A stretch of DNA of 52,637 nt, from IMG/VR virus record IMGVR_UViG_3300035041_000009, positions 1 through 52,637 of that record. One strand, written 5' to 3'. The notes under the pieces were generated by a model, which ran no database searches, was not told the origin of the DNA, and saw only the letters and a list, made by a program, of their open reading frames with translations. Source of the stretch: a virus. Both the position numbers and the translations under genes were made by a program. Positions within the stretch are counted from its first letter, which is position 1. Each line of letters opens with the position of its first letter. Positions 1 to 9,418 of the stretch are shown one piece after another.

Positions 1-127
1 ATGCGTAAAGTCCGCATAGTCGAAGCGCCGTTCGGTTACGCTGTAATATATCCTGCCATTGTCGTCCTCGGCTACACGCAGAAACATATCACCGTGTACA
101 CGGTCAATGTCTTCGATGAACATCTGT
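1..127. repeat. Direct terminal repeat, copy 1 (identical to 52511-52637)
   Basis: Compared by eye base by base and found identical. It lies inside a coding sequence, so it is most simply a circular-assembly overlap. Confidence 0.95.
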
Positions 128-171
128 AATTCTTCGTCCGTCATACTTTTAAGTGTTGGCACTTCCATCAT
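1..171 (-). CDS. 5' part of a junction-spanning 77-aa acidic hypothetical protein (continues at 52448-52637)
   Basis: Reverse strand reads AAGGGAGGAATG ATG GAA GTG..., with ATG at 171 or 168 after a strong SD. It is in frame with ORF 52448..52633 once the 127-nt repeat is collapsed. Confidence 0.7.
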   Translation of the reverse strand, partial: MMEVPTLKSMTDEELQMFIEDIDRVHGDMFLRVAEDDNGRIYYSVTERRFDYADFTH

Positions 172-228
172 TCCTCCCTTTCCCTTTCGTTATGCCCGAC
201 CGAAGCCGGGGCCATAAATGTTTTTAGA

Positions 229-738
229 TTAAAAGCAGTCGCTGACGTTAAAATCCTCACCAGCAGCTTCAAGCTCTTCATATTTTTCGTAAGCATCAAC
301 CCAAAGCTGATAGTCTTCGTCGCTGATGGTGGTGTCATTTTGCTTGGCCTCGTCAACAAAGCCATACTCGTTGACGAATGCGCCAAGCAAGCAGGTTTCT
401 GAACCATACGCCAACTCGGCTTCTTTTTCTGATACAAGCTCAGCCAGGTCACTTACCTTTTTGGCCTGGTTTGCGGCCATGGTAAGACCCCATTCGCCAT
501 CGACAAACTCGCCGCTTGCGTCTAAGTAGATGGAAACATTTTCTTTGTCGTGGTGCAGAAAACAGGGGCCGGGGTAGTTGGCGTGGAGGGTAAATCTATC
601 TGCTGCGATGATATCGTGTTTGGTGATTTCACCTGTTATATCAATCCCTCCGTTGCCATGGTCTACAACTCCTTCAATGCCGTGCTTTTCTATTAAGCTA
701 ATCGCCTCTTTGCCCGTTACTGTCTGATTGTTTTTCAT
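229..738 (-). CDS. Strongly acidic hypothetical protein (169 aa)
   Basis: Track ORF with an SD-like AGGAGAGAGG upstream of the ATG at 738. My hand count gives about 35 D/E versus about 11 K/R. No family was recognised. Confidence 0.75.
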   Translation of the reverse strand: MKNNQTVTGKEAISLIEKHGIEGVVDHGNGGIDITGEITKHDIIAADRFTLHANYPGPCFLHHDKENVSIYLDASGEFVDGEWGLTMAANQAKKVSDLAELVSEKEAELAYGSETCLLGAFVNEYGFVDEAKQNDTTISDEDYQLWVDAYEKYEELEAAGEDFNVSDCF

Positions 739-913
739 GACCTCTCTCCTTTCGCCTCATTCGGCGTCTCAGGTTGTGGGGATCGGCTTATCCGTTCCCC
801 TGACTTGTGTGTAATACTATCATACCATCATACATCGTCAAGCCCTAAAAATGCTACTCAGTGCTTTTTCTTCGCAAGTGCCCGTAAATCTGAAAGAAAA
901 AAATGTAAAAATA

Positions 914-942
914 TTGATTGAGTTTCCACTGTGTAGTAAACT
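914..942 (+). promoter_or_regulatory. Candidate sigma70-type promoter upstream of the packaging operon
   Basis: TTGATT (914-919), a 17-nt spacer and TAAACT (937-942), inside the 430-bp divergent intergenic region. Confidence 0.3.
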
Positions 943-1164
943 GTGTATATGGGGTACTCAATATGCAAAGGCAGTTCAGGGCGTGTGCCGGGCTTTAGAT
1001 AGCGCGTGCAGCGTAGGACTGACTGAGCCGAGAATCCCGCGCGGCTTTGATATGCGCTGCCCGGAAATGGGCGGCAAGGGGAATAACTATCTAAAAGTTT
1101 TGTGCCTGGGCAGACAGCGGAATGGATGCTCGTGTGCTGTGGGCAGGGGAATAAGGGAAGAGAG

Positions 1165-1680
1165 ATGGCAAGACGATTGACAAAGGAAGGACTGACGAAC
1201 CAGCAGGACCTTTTTTGTCGTGAGTACATAGCCAACAATATGAACGGGACTAAAGCAGCCATAAGTGCTGGATATAGCAAGAAAACTGCGCGAGAGCAGG
1301 CGACGCGGCTGTTATCAAAAGTTCACATTCGTCAAAAAGTTGACGCATTAAAGGCTGAACGTTGCAAAGAGGTGGATGTAACAGCGCAGAGGATAATAGA
1401 AGAGCTGGCAAAGATGGCGTTTGCGAACGTCGCGAACATCTACGACGACCAGGGGCGGTTGCTGCCCATACACGAAATGCCGGAAGATGTCGCAGCGTGC
1501 CTGCAGGAAGTAACCGAAGGCGTGGACAAGGAAGGCAACGTGCAGCGCAAGTACAAGATGGCAGATAAGAAAGCCACCTTGGAACTGCTCGGTAGATACC
1601 TCGGTATGTGGGTAGACCGGAAAGAGGTATCGCAGCGGATCGCAATAGAGGCAGACTTTGGCTTGGACGAGGATGAGTAA
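1165..1680 (+). CDS. terS: Terminase small subunit (Terminase_2/P27-like)
   Basis: LTNQQDLFCREYIANNMNGTKAAISAGYSKKTAREQATRLL is the classic TerS HTH signature. ATG 1165 follows GGAAGAGAG. The gene sits immediately upstream of TerL. Confidence 0.85.
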   Translation: MARRLTKEGLTNQQDLFCREYIANNMNGTKAAISAGYSKKTAREQATRLLSKVHIRQKVDALKAERCKEVDVTAQRIIEELAKMAFANVANIYDDQGRLLPIHEMPEDVAACLQEVTEGVDKEGNVQRKYKMADKKATLELLGRYLGMWVDRKEVSQRIAIEADFGLDEDE

Positions 1681-3100
1681 GCCGGCACTACATATCAAGT
1701 ACAAAGCAACGCCGACAGCGCGGAAGTTCCACCGCTCTGAGGCAAGGGTAAGAGCGATACAAGGACCTATAGGAAGTGGTAAGTCGGTCGCATGCTGCTG
1801 GGAAATCTTCCGTAGGTGCTGCGAGCAACAGCGAAACCAGCAGGGGATACGCAAATCACGCTGGGCGATAGTCCGTAACACTTACGGTGAGCTGAGAGAA
1901 ACAACGCTCAAGACCTGGCAAGATTGGTTCCCTGAACCGGAGTTCGGCACGCTTAAAGATGGCGCGCCCATAACATTCAGGCTGCGGGTAAACGATGTGC
2001 AGGCAGAAATACTGTTCTTAGCACTCGATAGACCCAAGGACGTGAAGAAGCTCCTTTCCCTCGAACTCACAGGCGTGTGGTTCAACGAGGTCCGGGAGAT
2101 CAGCAAAGAGTTAGTGGACGGTGCGGATGGTCGCATAGGTCGTTATCCAGCTAAACGAGACGGCGGCGCTTCATGGTACGGCATGATCCTCGATACCAAC
2201 CCGCCTGATGACGATCATTGGTTCTACCACCTCGCCGAAGAAGAAAGGCCGAAGGGGTGGGCTTTCTTCCGCCAACCTCCAGGGATGCTCAAGCTGGGGG
2301 ATGGGCAATATAGGCGCAACCCCGAGGCGGAGAACATCGAGAATCTGCCCGATGGGTACTATGAAAACCTCTTACCCGGTAAAACCCGCGAGTGGATTCA
2401 GGTCTATGTCCTCGGTGAGTACGGCACGATAGCAGAAGGTCGGCCCGTTTTCCCCGAGTTCCGGGAGATTCACCTGGCTCAAGGTAAATTACTTCCATAC
2501 CCAGGGCTGCCGCTGGTAATAGGTTATGACTTCGGGCTCAACCCTTCGGCGGTTTTCACACAGCAAAGCCCTCACGGGCAGTTCAGAGTGTTGGATGAAC
2601 TGGTTGCGGACGGAATGGGGCTGAGACAGCACATAACCGACGTACTTAAACCCCACATAGCACAACACTACCCCGGCTTCGATGTAAGGATTGTTGGCGA
2701 CCCGGCAGGGGTAGCAAGGGCGCAGACGGATGAAAGAACCTGCTTTGAGATATTAGAAGAAGCAGGCTTTGAGGCAGAACCGGCAGCAACAAATGACTTC
2801 ACGGCACGAAGGGACGCAGTTCAAGGTCCCATGCTGAGACTTGCAGACGGAAAACCTGGATTCGTAGTGAGTACAACATGCAAATTGCTCCGCAAGGGAT
2901 TTAGAGGGGCATATCAGTACAGACGAGTTCAGGTCCCTGGGGAAGCGAGATATACCGACAAGCCCGATAAGAACATGGTCAGTCACCCGATGGACGCCCT
3001 TCAATACGCGGCACTTTACTTCGCACAGCCTTCAGCAAGCGCACAACGGCGACACATACCCACTGACAGGTATAGACCTGCAACGGCAGCGGGATACTAA
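1673..3100 (+). CDS. terL: Terminase large subunit
   Basis: Walker A GPIGSGKSV. RWAIVRNTYGELRETTLKTW is typical of TerL ATPases. The ATG overlaps the terS stop. Confidence 0.9.
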   Translation: MSKPALHIKYKATPTARKFHRSEARVRAIQGPIGSGKSVACCWEIFRRCCEQQRNQQGIRKSRWAIVRNTYGELRETTLKTWQDWFPEPEFGTLKDGAPITFRLRVNDVQAEILFLALDRPKDVKKLLSLELTGVWFNEVREISKELVDGADGRIGRYPAKRDGGASWYGMILDTNPPDDDHWFYHLAEEERPKGWAFFRQPPGMLKLGDGQYRRNPEAENIENLPDGYYENLLPGKTREWIQVYVLGEYGTIAEGRPVFPEFREIHLAQGKLLPYPGLPLVIGYDFGLNPSAVFTQQSPHGQFRVLDELVADGMGLRQHITDVLKPHIAQHYPGFDVRIVGDPAGVARAQTDERTCFEILEEAGFEAEPAATNDFTARRDAVQGPMLRLADGKPGFVVSTTCKLLRKGFRGAYQYRRVQVPGEARYTDKPDKNMVSHPMDALQYAALYFAQPSASAQRRHIPTDRYRPATAAGY

Positions 3101-4998
3101 TGGAAGAGCAGCAGCAAACAGACGAAAACTTGACGGCAGCGGATGAGCTGGGGCTTAGACTGGCAGCACGCTTTGACGATTGCAAGTCCGAGCGCCGGGA
3201 TTATGAAGACCGCTGGCTCGAAAACCTGCGCATGTATCGCGGGGAGTACGGACCCGATGTGTCGATACCGAAGAACCGGAGCCAAGCCTTCCTGCGCCTC
3301 ACCAGGATCAAGGTGCGAGCGATGGATTCGCGCATACTCGATATGCTCTTTCCTTCCGGGCGTACCGAGTCATTCAAGATCGAAGCAACACCGGAGCCGG
3401 ATGTTGACCCGGAGTTTTTGGCAGAAGTAGCAACGCGCTATGAGCAGCAGGTGGGGCAACAGCCAAGCGAAGAAGAGCTACAGAAGCTAGTCCGGGAGCA
3501 CGCACGCGAGAGCGCAGAGGCAATGGAACGTCTGATAAAAGACCAGCTTTCCGAACTGCGGTATAAATCCGCATGTCGGCAAGTGTTCCACTCCGGGCAC
3601 CTTTTCGGCACCGGCGTGCTTAAAGGCCCGATGGCTGACTACAAAGAGCGCACCGGTTATCGGCAGATCGGCACAAATGAGTATGAGTTCTACCGCGAGA
3701 CGCAGACAACCCCGTATTTCGAGCCGGTGAGGATATGGGATATTTACCCGGATATGTCTGTCATGGATGTTGAAGACGCGGATTATGTTTTCCAGCGCCA
3801 CGTAATGAGCAGACAAGAGCTGAGAGGGCTTGCTAAGCGGCAGGACTTCGACGCTCAGCGGATTATTGACTATCTCAAGACCCAGCCAGAGGGCGACGCT
3901 CAACCCATGTATTGGGAAGACGAGCTAAAGAACGTCAATCCCCAAATGGATTCATCCAAGCGCACCATAAACCGTAAATACGAAATCCTGGAGTATTGGG
4001 GCTACGTTGACGGGCACGATCTGATAGAGGCGGGCGTTGATATAGAAGATGAGAACGTGGAGTATCAGGCGAACGTGTGGGTGTTAGGTGGTCGAACAAT
4101 CAAGGCTGTGCTTGCTCCGTACGATAGCCAAAGACTCCCGTATTATTTCTATTACTACGAAAAAGACGATACCTCCATTTTTGGTATCGGTGTGCCTGAG
4201 ATTGGGGAGGACACGCAAGACCTTGCTAACTCAGCGAACAGAGCGATGATTGATAACGCGGCTATCGCAGTCGGCCCCCAGGGTGAAGCCAACCTAGATT
4301 TGCTCGACCCGTCAGAAGATCCGCGCGATATTCACCCCATGAAGATATGGCTGCGTAAAGGGCGTGGGGCAGACGCGCAATATCCGGCAATCAAGTTCTT
4401 CTCTCCGCCCAATCACACCAAAGACCTTCTTAACATGGTCGAGACATTCAGGGTGTGGAACGACGAAGTTACCGGGATTCCCTCATATATGCACGGCGAT
4501 TCGGATGTATCCGGCGCTGGCAAGACCGCTTCCGGGCTTTCAATGCTCATGGGTGCGGCCAACCTGACCATGAAGGACGCGGTAGAGAACTTCGATTGCG
4601 GCATAACTGTACCGTTCCTAAAGGAAATGTACTCCTGGAACATGAAGTACAGCGACGACGAGAAAATAAAGGGTGACTACGAAGTAAAGGCTACCGGATC
4701 AACAAGTCTGGTAGCTAAAGAGGTAAGGGTAGGCAACCTGCAGAATTTTATGCAAATGACCGCCAACGAGATGGATCAGCCCCTTGTAGATCGGCGCAAC
4801 ATGCTTGAAACCATACTCAAGGAGATGGAGCTACCCGAACATATACTCAGGCCGGAAGAGGAAACGGACTATATCAAGCAACTGGAGCAGGCTTTGCAGC
4901 AGATGCAGCAGCAGATGCAAGTGGTTCAACAACAGATGGAGGGAGCGGGTGCCGGAGATCAGATGCGAGAGATGCAACAGGCTTCTTGGCAGAATTGA
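3100..4998 (+). CDS. Portal protein
   Basis: 632 aa, directly after TerL with a TAATG overlap. N-terminal DRWLENLRMYRGEY-type portal signature and a Q-rich C-terminal tail. Confidence 0.8.
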   Translation: MEEQQQTDENLTAADELGLRLAARFDDCKSERRDYEDRWLENLRMYRGEYGPDVSIPKNRSQAFLRLTRIKVRAMDSRILDMLFPSGRTESFKIEATPEPDVDPEFLAEVATRYEQQVGQQPSEEELQKLVREHARESAEAMERLIKDQLSELRYKSACRQVFHSGHLFGTGVLKGPMADYKERTGYRQIGTNEYEFYRETQTTPYFEPVRIWDIYPDMSVMDVEDADYVFQRHVMSRQELRGLAKRQDFDAQRIIDYLKTQPEGDAQPMYWEDELKNVNPQMDSSKRTINRKYEILEYWGYVDGHDLIEAGVDIEDENVEYQANVWVLGGRTIKAVLAPYDSQRLPYYFYYYEKDDTSIFGIGVPEIGEDTQDLANSANRAMIDNAAIAVGPQGEANLDLLDPSEDPRDIHPMKIWLRKGRGADAQYPAIKFFSPPNHTKDLLNMVETFRVWNDEVTGIPSYMHGDSDVSGAGKTASGLSMLMGAANLTMKDAVENFDCGITVPFLKEMYSWNMKYSDDEKIKGDYEVKATGSTSLVAKEVRVGNLQNFMQMTANEMDQPLVDRRNMLETILKEMELPEHILRPEEETDYIKQLEQALQQMQQQMQVVQQQMEGAGAGDQMREMQQASWQN

Positions 4999-5050
4999 GG
5001 GTAAGTGGGAGATAAAGTGCCCCAAGTGTAAACACATCAACAAAAACTAA
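4949..5050 (+). CDS. Com-like zinc-finger protein (33 aa), overprinted on the portal 3' end
   Basis: GTG 4949 lies 6 nt after GGAGG (4938-4942). Translation VPEIRCERCNRLLGRIEGKWEIKCPKCKHINKN fits the Mu Com pattern RC..C..LL...G...IKCP.C. It is in the +1 frame relative to portal. Confidence 0.6.
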   Translation: MPEIRCERCNRLLGRIEGKWEIKCPKCKHINKN

Positions 5051-5074
5051 ATACACACCACAGAGTGCCAACAG

Positions 5075-5111
5075 AGCGCCGGACCTTAACAGGGTTACGG
5101 CGCTTTTTTTT
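5075..5111 (+). terminator. Rho-independent terminator
   Basis: Stem AGCGCCG (5075-5081) pairs with CGGCGCT (5098-5104), followed by a T9 run. Confidence 0.75.
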
Positions 5112-5124
5112 GTTTGGAGGCTAA

Positions 5125-5331
5125 GTGAGAACCAGAGCCAGTTTAATAAACGAGCTGAAAGATTACCAGGATTCAGCCACTTACAAGATTTTAGCAGAAC
5201 TTTTGAGTTTAGAAGAGGACGAGCGTTTAGACCGCCTGCGTCACGCAGAAACGGTAGCAGACGTTCACAGGTTGCAGGGCGCACTGGAAGCCCTGGAGAG
5301 CATTCAAAACGCAATGCAGATACCGCGGTAA
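5125..5331 (+). CDS. Hypothetical protein (68 aa)
   Basis: GTG start 4 nt after GGAGG (5116-5120). Helical composition. Confidence 0.6.
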   Translation: MRTRASLINELKDYQDSATYKILAELLSLEEDERLDRLRHAETVADVHRLQGALEALESIQNAMQIPR

Positions 5332-5350
5332 GCGGCCTGCGGAGGTGCAG

Positions 5351-6169
5351 ATGAGTTCAGCAGAAGAGATGAGGCAGGAGCAGGAAAACGAGTTTGATTC
5401 CGCATGGGAGACCGAAGAAGCCCCCGAAACCGACGAGGAAACCGAAACGCACGAACCGGAAGAACCGGAGAGTGCGCCGGAGAACGAAGGTGACGGCCAG
5501 GCAGAGGAAACCCAGGAGGAAGAAGAAACCCCGGAAGAGAGGCAACGCCGCAAGTCATGGGAAGGTCGCCTGCGCAAGCGCGAGGAAGAACTACGCGCTA
5601 AAGAGCAGGAAATACTCGCAATGCAGCAGCAAAGACAGGACAGCCAGAAGGCCCCTGAGCAGGAGATTGACGAGGACGATCCCGAATGGCAGCAGCTTGT
5701 CGAGGACCTGGGGGAGGACTTGGCACTACGAGTCCGCAAGCAGGCGCAGAGCGTCACGCAGAAAGCCATGCAGTCCGAGCTGGACAAGGTGAGGCAGGAG
5801 ATGCAGCAGCAACTTGAACCCCTCACCAAACAGCAGCAGGAAGTGCAGGCGCAACAGCATGTGAAACGGATCACTGAGAAACACCCTGACGCATTCGATC
5901 TTGTCCAAAGCGGCGACATTCAGGCGTGGGTAGAGGAGAAGCCCGCGTATCTGCAACCCGCATACAGGCAGGTAATCGAGCAGGGAGACGCAGATTCCGT
6001 TGTAGCAATGCTGGACGAGTTCAAGCAATCGAGAAAGACAACTACAAAACAACCGAAAGCACCGCCCGACCAGGCCGTGAAAAGCCGTCGCAGCGGACGT
6101 GTACGAACGACAGCGGCCGCAAAGGACGACTTCGACGCTGCATGGGACGAGGCTGTGCGCAGCGAATAG
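5351..6169 (+). CDS. Putative scaffolding protein
   Basis: Highly acidic N-terminus and long E/Q/R coiled-coil composition. Located between portal and major capsid. ATG 5351 follows GGAGG. Confidence 0.6.
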   Translation: MSSAEEMRQEQENEFDSAWETEEAPETDEETETHEPEEPESAPENEGDGQAEETQEEEETPEERQRRKSWEGRLRKREEELRAKEQEILAMQQQRQDSQKAPEQEIDEDDPEWQQLVEDLGEDLALRVRKQAQSVTQKAMQSELDKVRQEMQQQLEPLTKQQQEVQAQQHVKRITEKHPDAFDLVQSGDIQAWVEEKPAYLQPAYRQVIEQGDADSVVAMLDEFKQSRKTTTKQPKAPPDQAVKSRRSGRVRTTAAAKDDFDAAWDEAVRSE

Positions 6170-6179
6170 GAGCTAAATC

Positions 6180-7184
6180 ATGGCAACAACAGCATACGGT
6201 GATATTTCACCACGTACCGCAGCATACGCACAGAAGGAGCTACTCAAGCGCGGAGAGCCTTACCTGGTACTTGAGCGTTTCGGCCAGGGCAAACCTGTGC
6301 CTGACCGCTCTTCCAAGGTAACTAAATTCCGTCGCTACGAAGCCCTGGACGCCACCCCTTCAGCACTGTCTGAGGGTGTGACACCTTCAAGTTCAACCCT
6401 CACCCATACTGATATCACTGCAACCCTGCAGCAGTATGGCGACCTCGTGACCATTTCTGACGTAGTAATGGACACTCACGAGGACCCGGTGCTTGCCGAA
6501 GCCAACGAGATTCTTGGCGAGCAGGCTGCGCAGATGATCGAGAAAGTGCGTTTTAACGTACTTAAGGCCGGCACCAACGTGCATTACGCCAACGGTGCGG
6601 CACGTGGCGAAGTAAACACTGTGGTTACTCGCGACCTCCAGCGCCGTGTACTGCGCAGTATGAAGCGCCAGAACGCACGCGCAATCACTAAAGTGGTTCG
6701 CTCAACTCCGAGTTACGGTACTGAAAACGTAGCCCCGGCGTTTATCGCACTGACTCACCCAGACCTTGAGGGCGATATCCGCAACATGAGCGGTTTTAAG
6801 CCCGCTGAGGACTATGGGGCACTGTCTCCGTATCCTAACGAGCTGGGCGCGGTTGAGGGTGTGCGCTACCTGACTTCTACTGTTTTCGAGCAGTGGGAAG
6901 ATGCAGGCGCAACCGCAGACCCAGCCACAACCGGGAGCAACACCCTTCTGTCCACTACCGGCACCGCTTCCGATGTGTACCCGATTCTGTATATCGGTGC
7001 TAACGCATACGGCATTGTGCCTTTGAAGGGCAAGGGCGCAATCACTCCGATGGTAGTTAACCCCAAACCTTCCGACTCTGACCCGCTGGCACAGCGCGGC
7101 CATGCGTCATGGAAGGCAATGCAGACCGCTGTTATCCTGAACGATCTGTGGATGGCGCGTCTTGAGGTTGCTGCATCGGTATAA
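6180..7184 (+). CDS. Major capsid protein (N4-gp56-family, HK97 fold)
   Basis: N-terminal YGDISPRTAAYAQKELLKRGEPYLVLERFGQGKPVPDRSSKVTKFRRY matches my memory of the N4-gp56 MCP family. Strong SD and a strong terminator downstream. Confidence 0.85.
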   Translation: MATTAYGDISPRTAAYAQKELLKRGEPYLVLERFGQGKPVPDRSSKVTKFRRYEALDATPSALSEGVTPSSSTLTHTDITATLQQYGDLVTISDVVMDTHEDPVLAEANEILGEQAAQMIEKVRFNVLKAGTNVHYANGAARGEVNTVVTRDLQRRVLRSMKRQNARAITKVVRSTPSYGTENVAPAFIALTHPDLEGDIRNMSGFKPAEDYGALSPYPNELGAVEGVRYLTSTVFEQWEDAGATADPATTGSNTLLSTTGTASDVYPILYIGANAYGIVPLKGKGAITPMVVNPKPSDSDPLAQRGHASWKAMQTAVILNDLWMARLEVAASV

Positions 7185-7195
7185 CTTAACCGATA

Positions 7196-7225
7196 GGGGA
7201 GGGGTTCGCCTCTCCCCGCTTTTTA
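7196..7225 (+). terminator. Rho-independent terminator after the capsid gene
   Basis: GGGGAGGGG-TTCG-CCTCTCCCC hairpin (UUCG tetraloop), followed by GCTTTTT. Confidence 0.8.
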
Positions 7226-7239
7226 ATGGAGCAGCATAG

Positions 7240-7683
7240 ATGAACTTTACAAAAGAACAGTTGACGGAAAAGACACAGGCGGAACTCGTTGAAATAGCTG
7301 TAGACCTCGGGCTTGAGCTTGACCCTTCAGAGGATAAAGACCTTTTGATCGGCGCAATTCAGGACGCGCAAGGCAAAAAGGCCAAGCGGACTACCCGCAA
7401 GCGCACCACGACCAAGAAGGCCGAAGAACCGAAAGCCTCCGACCCAGAAGAGCGTGTAAGCGTGATCTTCCACGAGACTTCCGGGCCTGACGGTGACGCA
7501 GCCGTAAAACTCTCCCTTAACGGTGAGGCGGTAGTGGCAAAGCGCGGTGAGGTAGTGAATATCAAGCGCAAGTTTCTCAAGGGCGTAGTGGATAACGCGG
7601 TTATCACCGAGTTTATCCGCGACGATAACACCGGCGAGATCAAGACCCGCAATGTGCCGCGTTTTCCGTACTCGTTCGCATAA
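7240..7683 (+). CDS. Hypothetical virion-module protein with an N-terminal HeH/Rho-N-like motif and a basic linker
   Basis: LTEKTQAELVEIAVDLGLEL followed by KKAKRTTRKRTTTKK. Position is after the MCP. Confidence 0.7.
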   Translation: MNFTKEQLTEKTQAELVEIAVDLGLELDPSEDKDLLIGAIQDAQGKKAKRTTRKRTTTKKAEEPKASDPEERVSVIFHETSGPDGDAAVKLSLNGEAVVAKRGEVVNIKRKFLKGVVDNAVITEFIRDDNTGEIKTRNVPRFPYSFA

Positions 7684-7693
7684 AGGATAGCTT

Positions 7694-8359
7694 ATGGCAA
7701 CGATAACAGCACAAAGCATACTCAATCGTGCTGCAACGATTCTGCAGGACACGACAAACACGCGCTGGCCTGAAGATGAGCTGTTGGATTGGCTCAACGA
7801 CGGACAGCGGGAGGTTGTGCTGGCCAAGCCAGACGCAGCGGCAAAGGTTGAGTCTGTGGAACTCGTTGAGGGTACGCAGCAGGCAATCCCCGCCGATGGC
7901 TTGTCGTTGCTCGATGTTATCCGCAATGTGGCTGCAGATGGAAGCCCAGGCAGGGCGGTAAAGGTGACGCAGAGGCAACAACTTGACGACACCTTACCTG
8001 ATTGGCATGCACAGGCGCAGGGAGCGAGCGTGCAGCTGTTCGTGTTTGACGAGCGAAACCCAAAGGGGTTTTGGGTGTATCCGCCCAGCGATGGATCGGG
8101 GAAGGTCGATGTGCTGTATTCCGCTGCCCCTGCGGATGTGACGCTGGCTGAAACCTTGAGCGTCGATGATGTGTATGCCAATGCTCTGCTTGACTATGTG
8201 CTTTATCGCGCCTACATGAAGGACGCGGATTACGCTGCCAACGACCAGCGAGCAACGGCGCAATATCAGAGGTTCATGCGGGCATTGGGAGTCCGGGACA
8301 ACACGGAATCAAAGAACAACCCGTATGTGCGCAAGACTTCCCCGGTAGTTGGAGGGTAA
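7694..8359 (+). CDS. Putative head-tail adaptor or head completion protein
   Basis: Position and size only. Tightly packed in the structural operon. Confidence 0.55.
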   Translation: MATITAQSILNRAATILQDTTNTRWPEDELLDWLNDGQREVVLAKPDAAAKVESVELVEGTQQAIPADGLSLLDVIRNVAADGSPGRAVKVTQRQQLDDTLPDWHAQAQGASVQLFVFDERNPKGFWVYPPSDGSGKVDVLYSAAPADVTLAETLSVDDVYANALLDYVLYRAYMKDADYAANDQRATAQYQRFMRALGVRDNTESKNNPYVRKTSPVVGG

Positions 8360-8992
8360 ATGGAATATGCAGAGCTGAAAACCATATTGCCGCTGATACG
8401 CCCGGACGTGCCGCAGTGTCCAGATGTGACGATTGAGCAATATCTGGTGCGGGCAGCGCGTAAATTCTGTGAGGAGAGCCGGGTGTGGCAGCAGTGGGAG
8501 AACGAGCCGATATACCCGGGGCTTGAGACATACCCACTTGAGCCGGAACAGGGCGAAGTGGCTGTTATAAACAAGGTGCAAACCGAAGGCGGCGAAGAAC
8601 TCCGGGCGCTGGATTACACCCTTGCAGGCGACGAAGAGTTTAACCGCCAGGCTATGCAGGGGGTGCAGGGCTACACGTTCGATCCCCCGGCGACATTGCA
8701 TATTCAGGGCACGCCAACGCAGGATATGGAGCTGTTCATCCGGGTGGCGCTCAAGCCGACCCTGAGCGATGCGATCGCACCCCTTTGGCTAGTAGAGAGG
8801 TACGAGGAGGCGCTTGTGGCAGGCACGCTTTACCGCTTGATGATGTTGACGGGTAAAACCTGGAGCAGCCCAGATTTTGCGGCTGTCCACAAAAGAACAT
8901 TCGAGAGCGGCGTTGCTTCGGCACGTATCCATGAGCTGAAAAAGCACACCAGCGCCAGCGTAATGATAAACCCACGTCCGTTCGGGCGATAG
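8360..8992 (+). CDS. Hypothetical structural protein
   Basis: Track ORF. The ATG abuts the previous stop, with an SD (GGAGGG) inside the upstream gene end. Confidence 0.7.
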   Translation: MEYAELKTILPLIRPDVPQCPDVTIEQYLVRAARKFCEESRVWQQWENEPIYPGLETYPLEPEQGEVAVINKVQTEGGEELRALDYTLAGDEEFNRQAMQGVQGYTFDPPATLHIQGTPTQDMELFIRVALKPTLSDAIAPLWLVERYEEALVAGTLYRLMMLTGKTWSSPDFAAVHKRTFESGVASARIHELKKHTSASVMINPRPFGR

Positions 8993-9001
8993 GAGGTCGA
9001 T

Positions 9002-9415
9002 TTGCAGAGTCTTTTATATAACCCTTTCAGGCTATACCTGAGCAACGGCACCGTAGACCTGGACAATGACACATTCAAGATCATCCTCCTGGATAATGCC
9101 TACGTGCCCGACCTTGAATCTGCCACCTATGCCGAGATTGCCGCCAACGAACTACCGGATGGCAACGGCTACACCGCAGGCGGGCAGACATTGGCGAACG
9201 TAACCCTCACGCGAGCAGGAAATAAGGTGACGTTTGATGCAGATGATCCGGTGTGGCCCGGCTCAACATTCGACGCGCGTTATGCCGCCATTTACGACGC
9301 CACCACCGTAGATCAGGTGCTTATGGGGTATCTGGACTTCGGAGAGGTTAAGAATGTGAGCAACGGCGTGTTTACCGTCCATTTTCATGTAGATGGAATC
9401 TTTGAGTTGGGATAA
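9002..9415 (+). CDS. Hypothetical structural protein
   Basis: TTG start 5 nt after AGGAGG (8991-8996). Confidence 0.65.
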   Translation: MQSLLYNPFRLYLSNGTVDLDNDTFKIILLDNAYVPDLESATYAEIAANELPDGNGYTAGGQTLANVTLTRAGNKVTFDADDPVWPGSTFDARYAAIYDATTVDQVLMGYLDFGEVKNVSNGVFTVHFHVDGIFELG

Positions 9416-9418
9416 CCG

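Noticed and set aside
851-1280. ORFs 851-1180 (+) and 858-1280 (-) in the region between the leftward operon and terS.
   Set aside because: They have no SD and Cys/Arg/Pro-rich odd composition. They overlap each other and the terS start. The region is better read as a divergent regulatory and packaging-signal region.
5227-5919. A 230-aa Cys/Ser-rich antisense ORF opposite the scaffold gene. Similar long antisense ORFs occur at 7327-8181, 11644-12711, 14961-15566, 20483-21019, 23492-24160, 27095-27985 and 28857-29582.
   Set aside because: All lie antisense to or inside strongly supported genes, have low-complexity or biased composition and lack ribosome-binding sites. They are typical shadow ORFs of GC-rich coding DNA.
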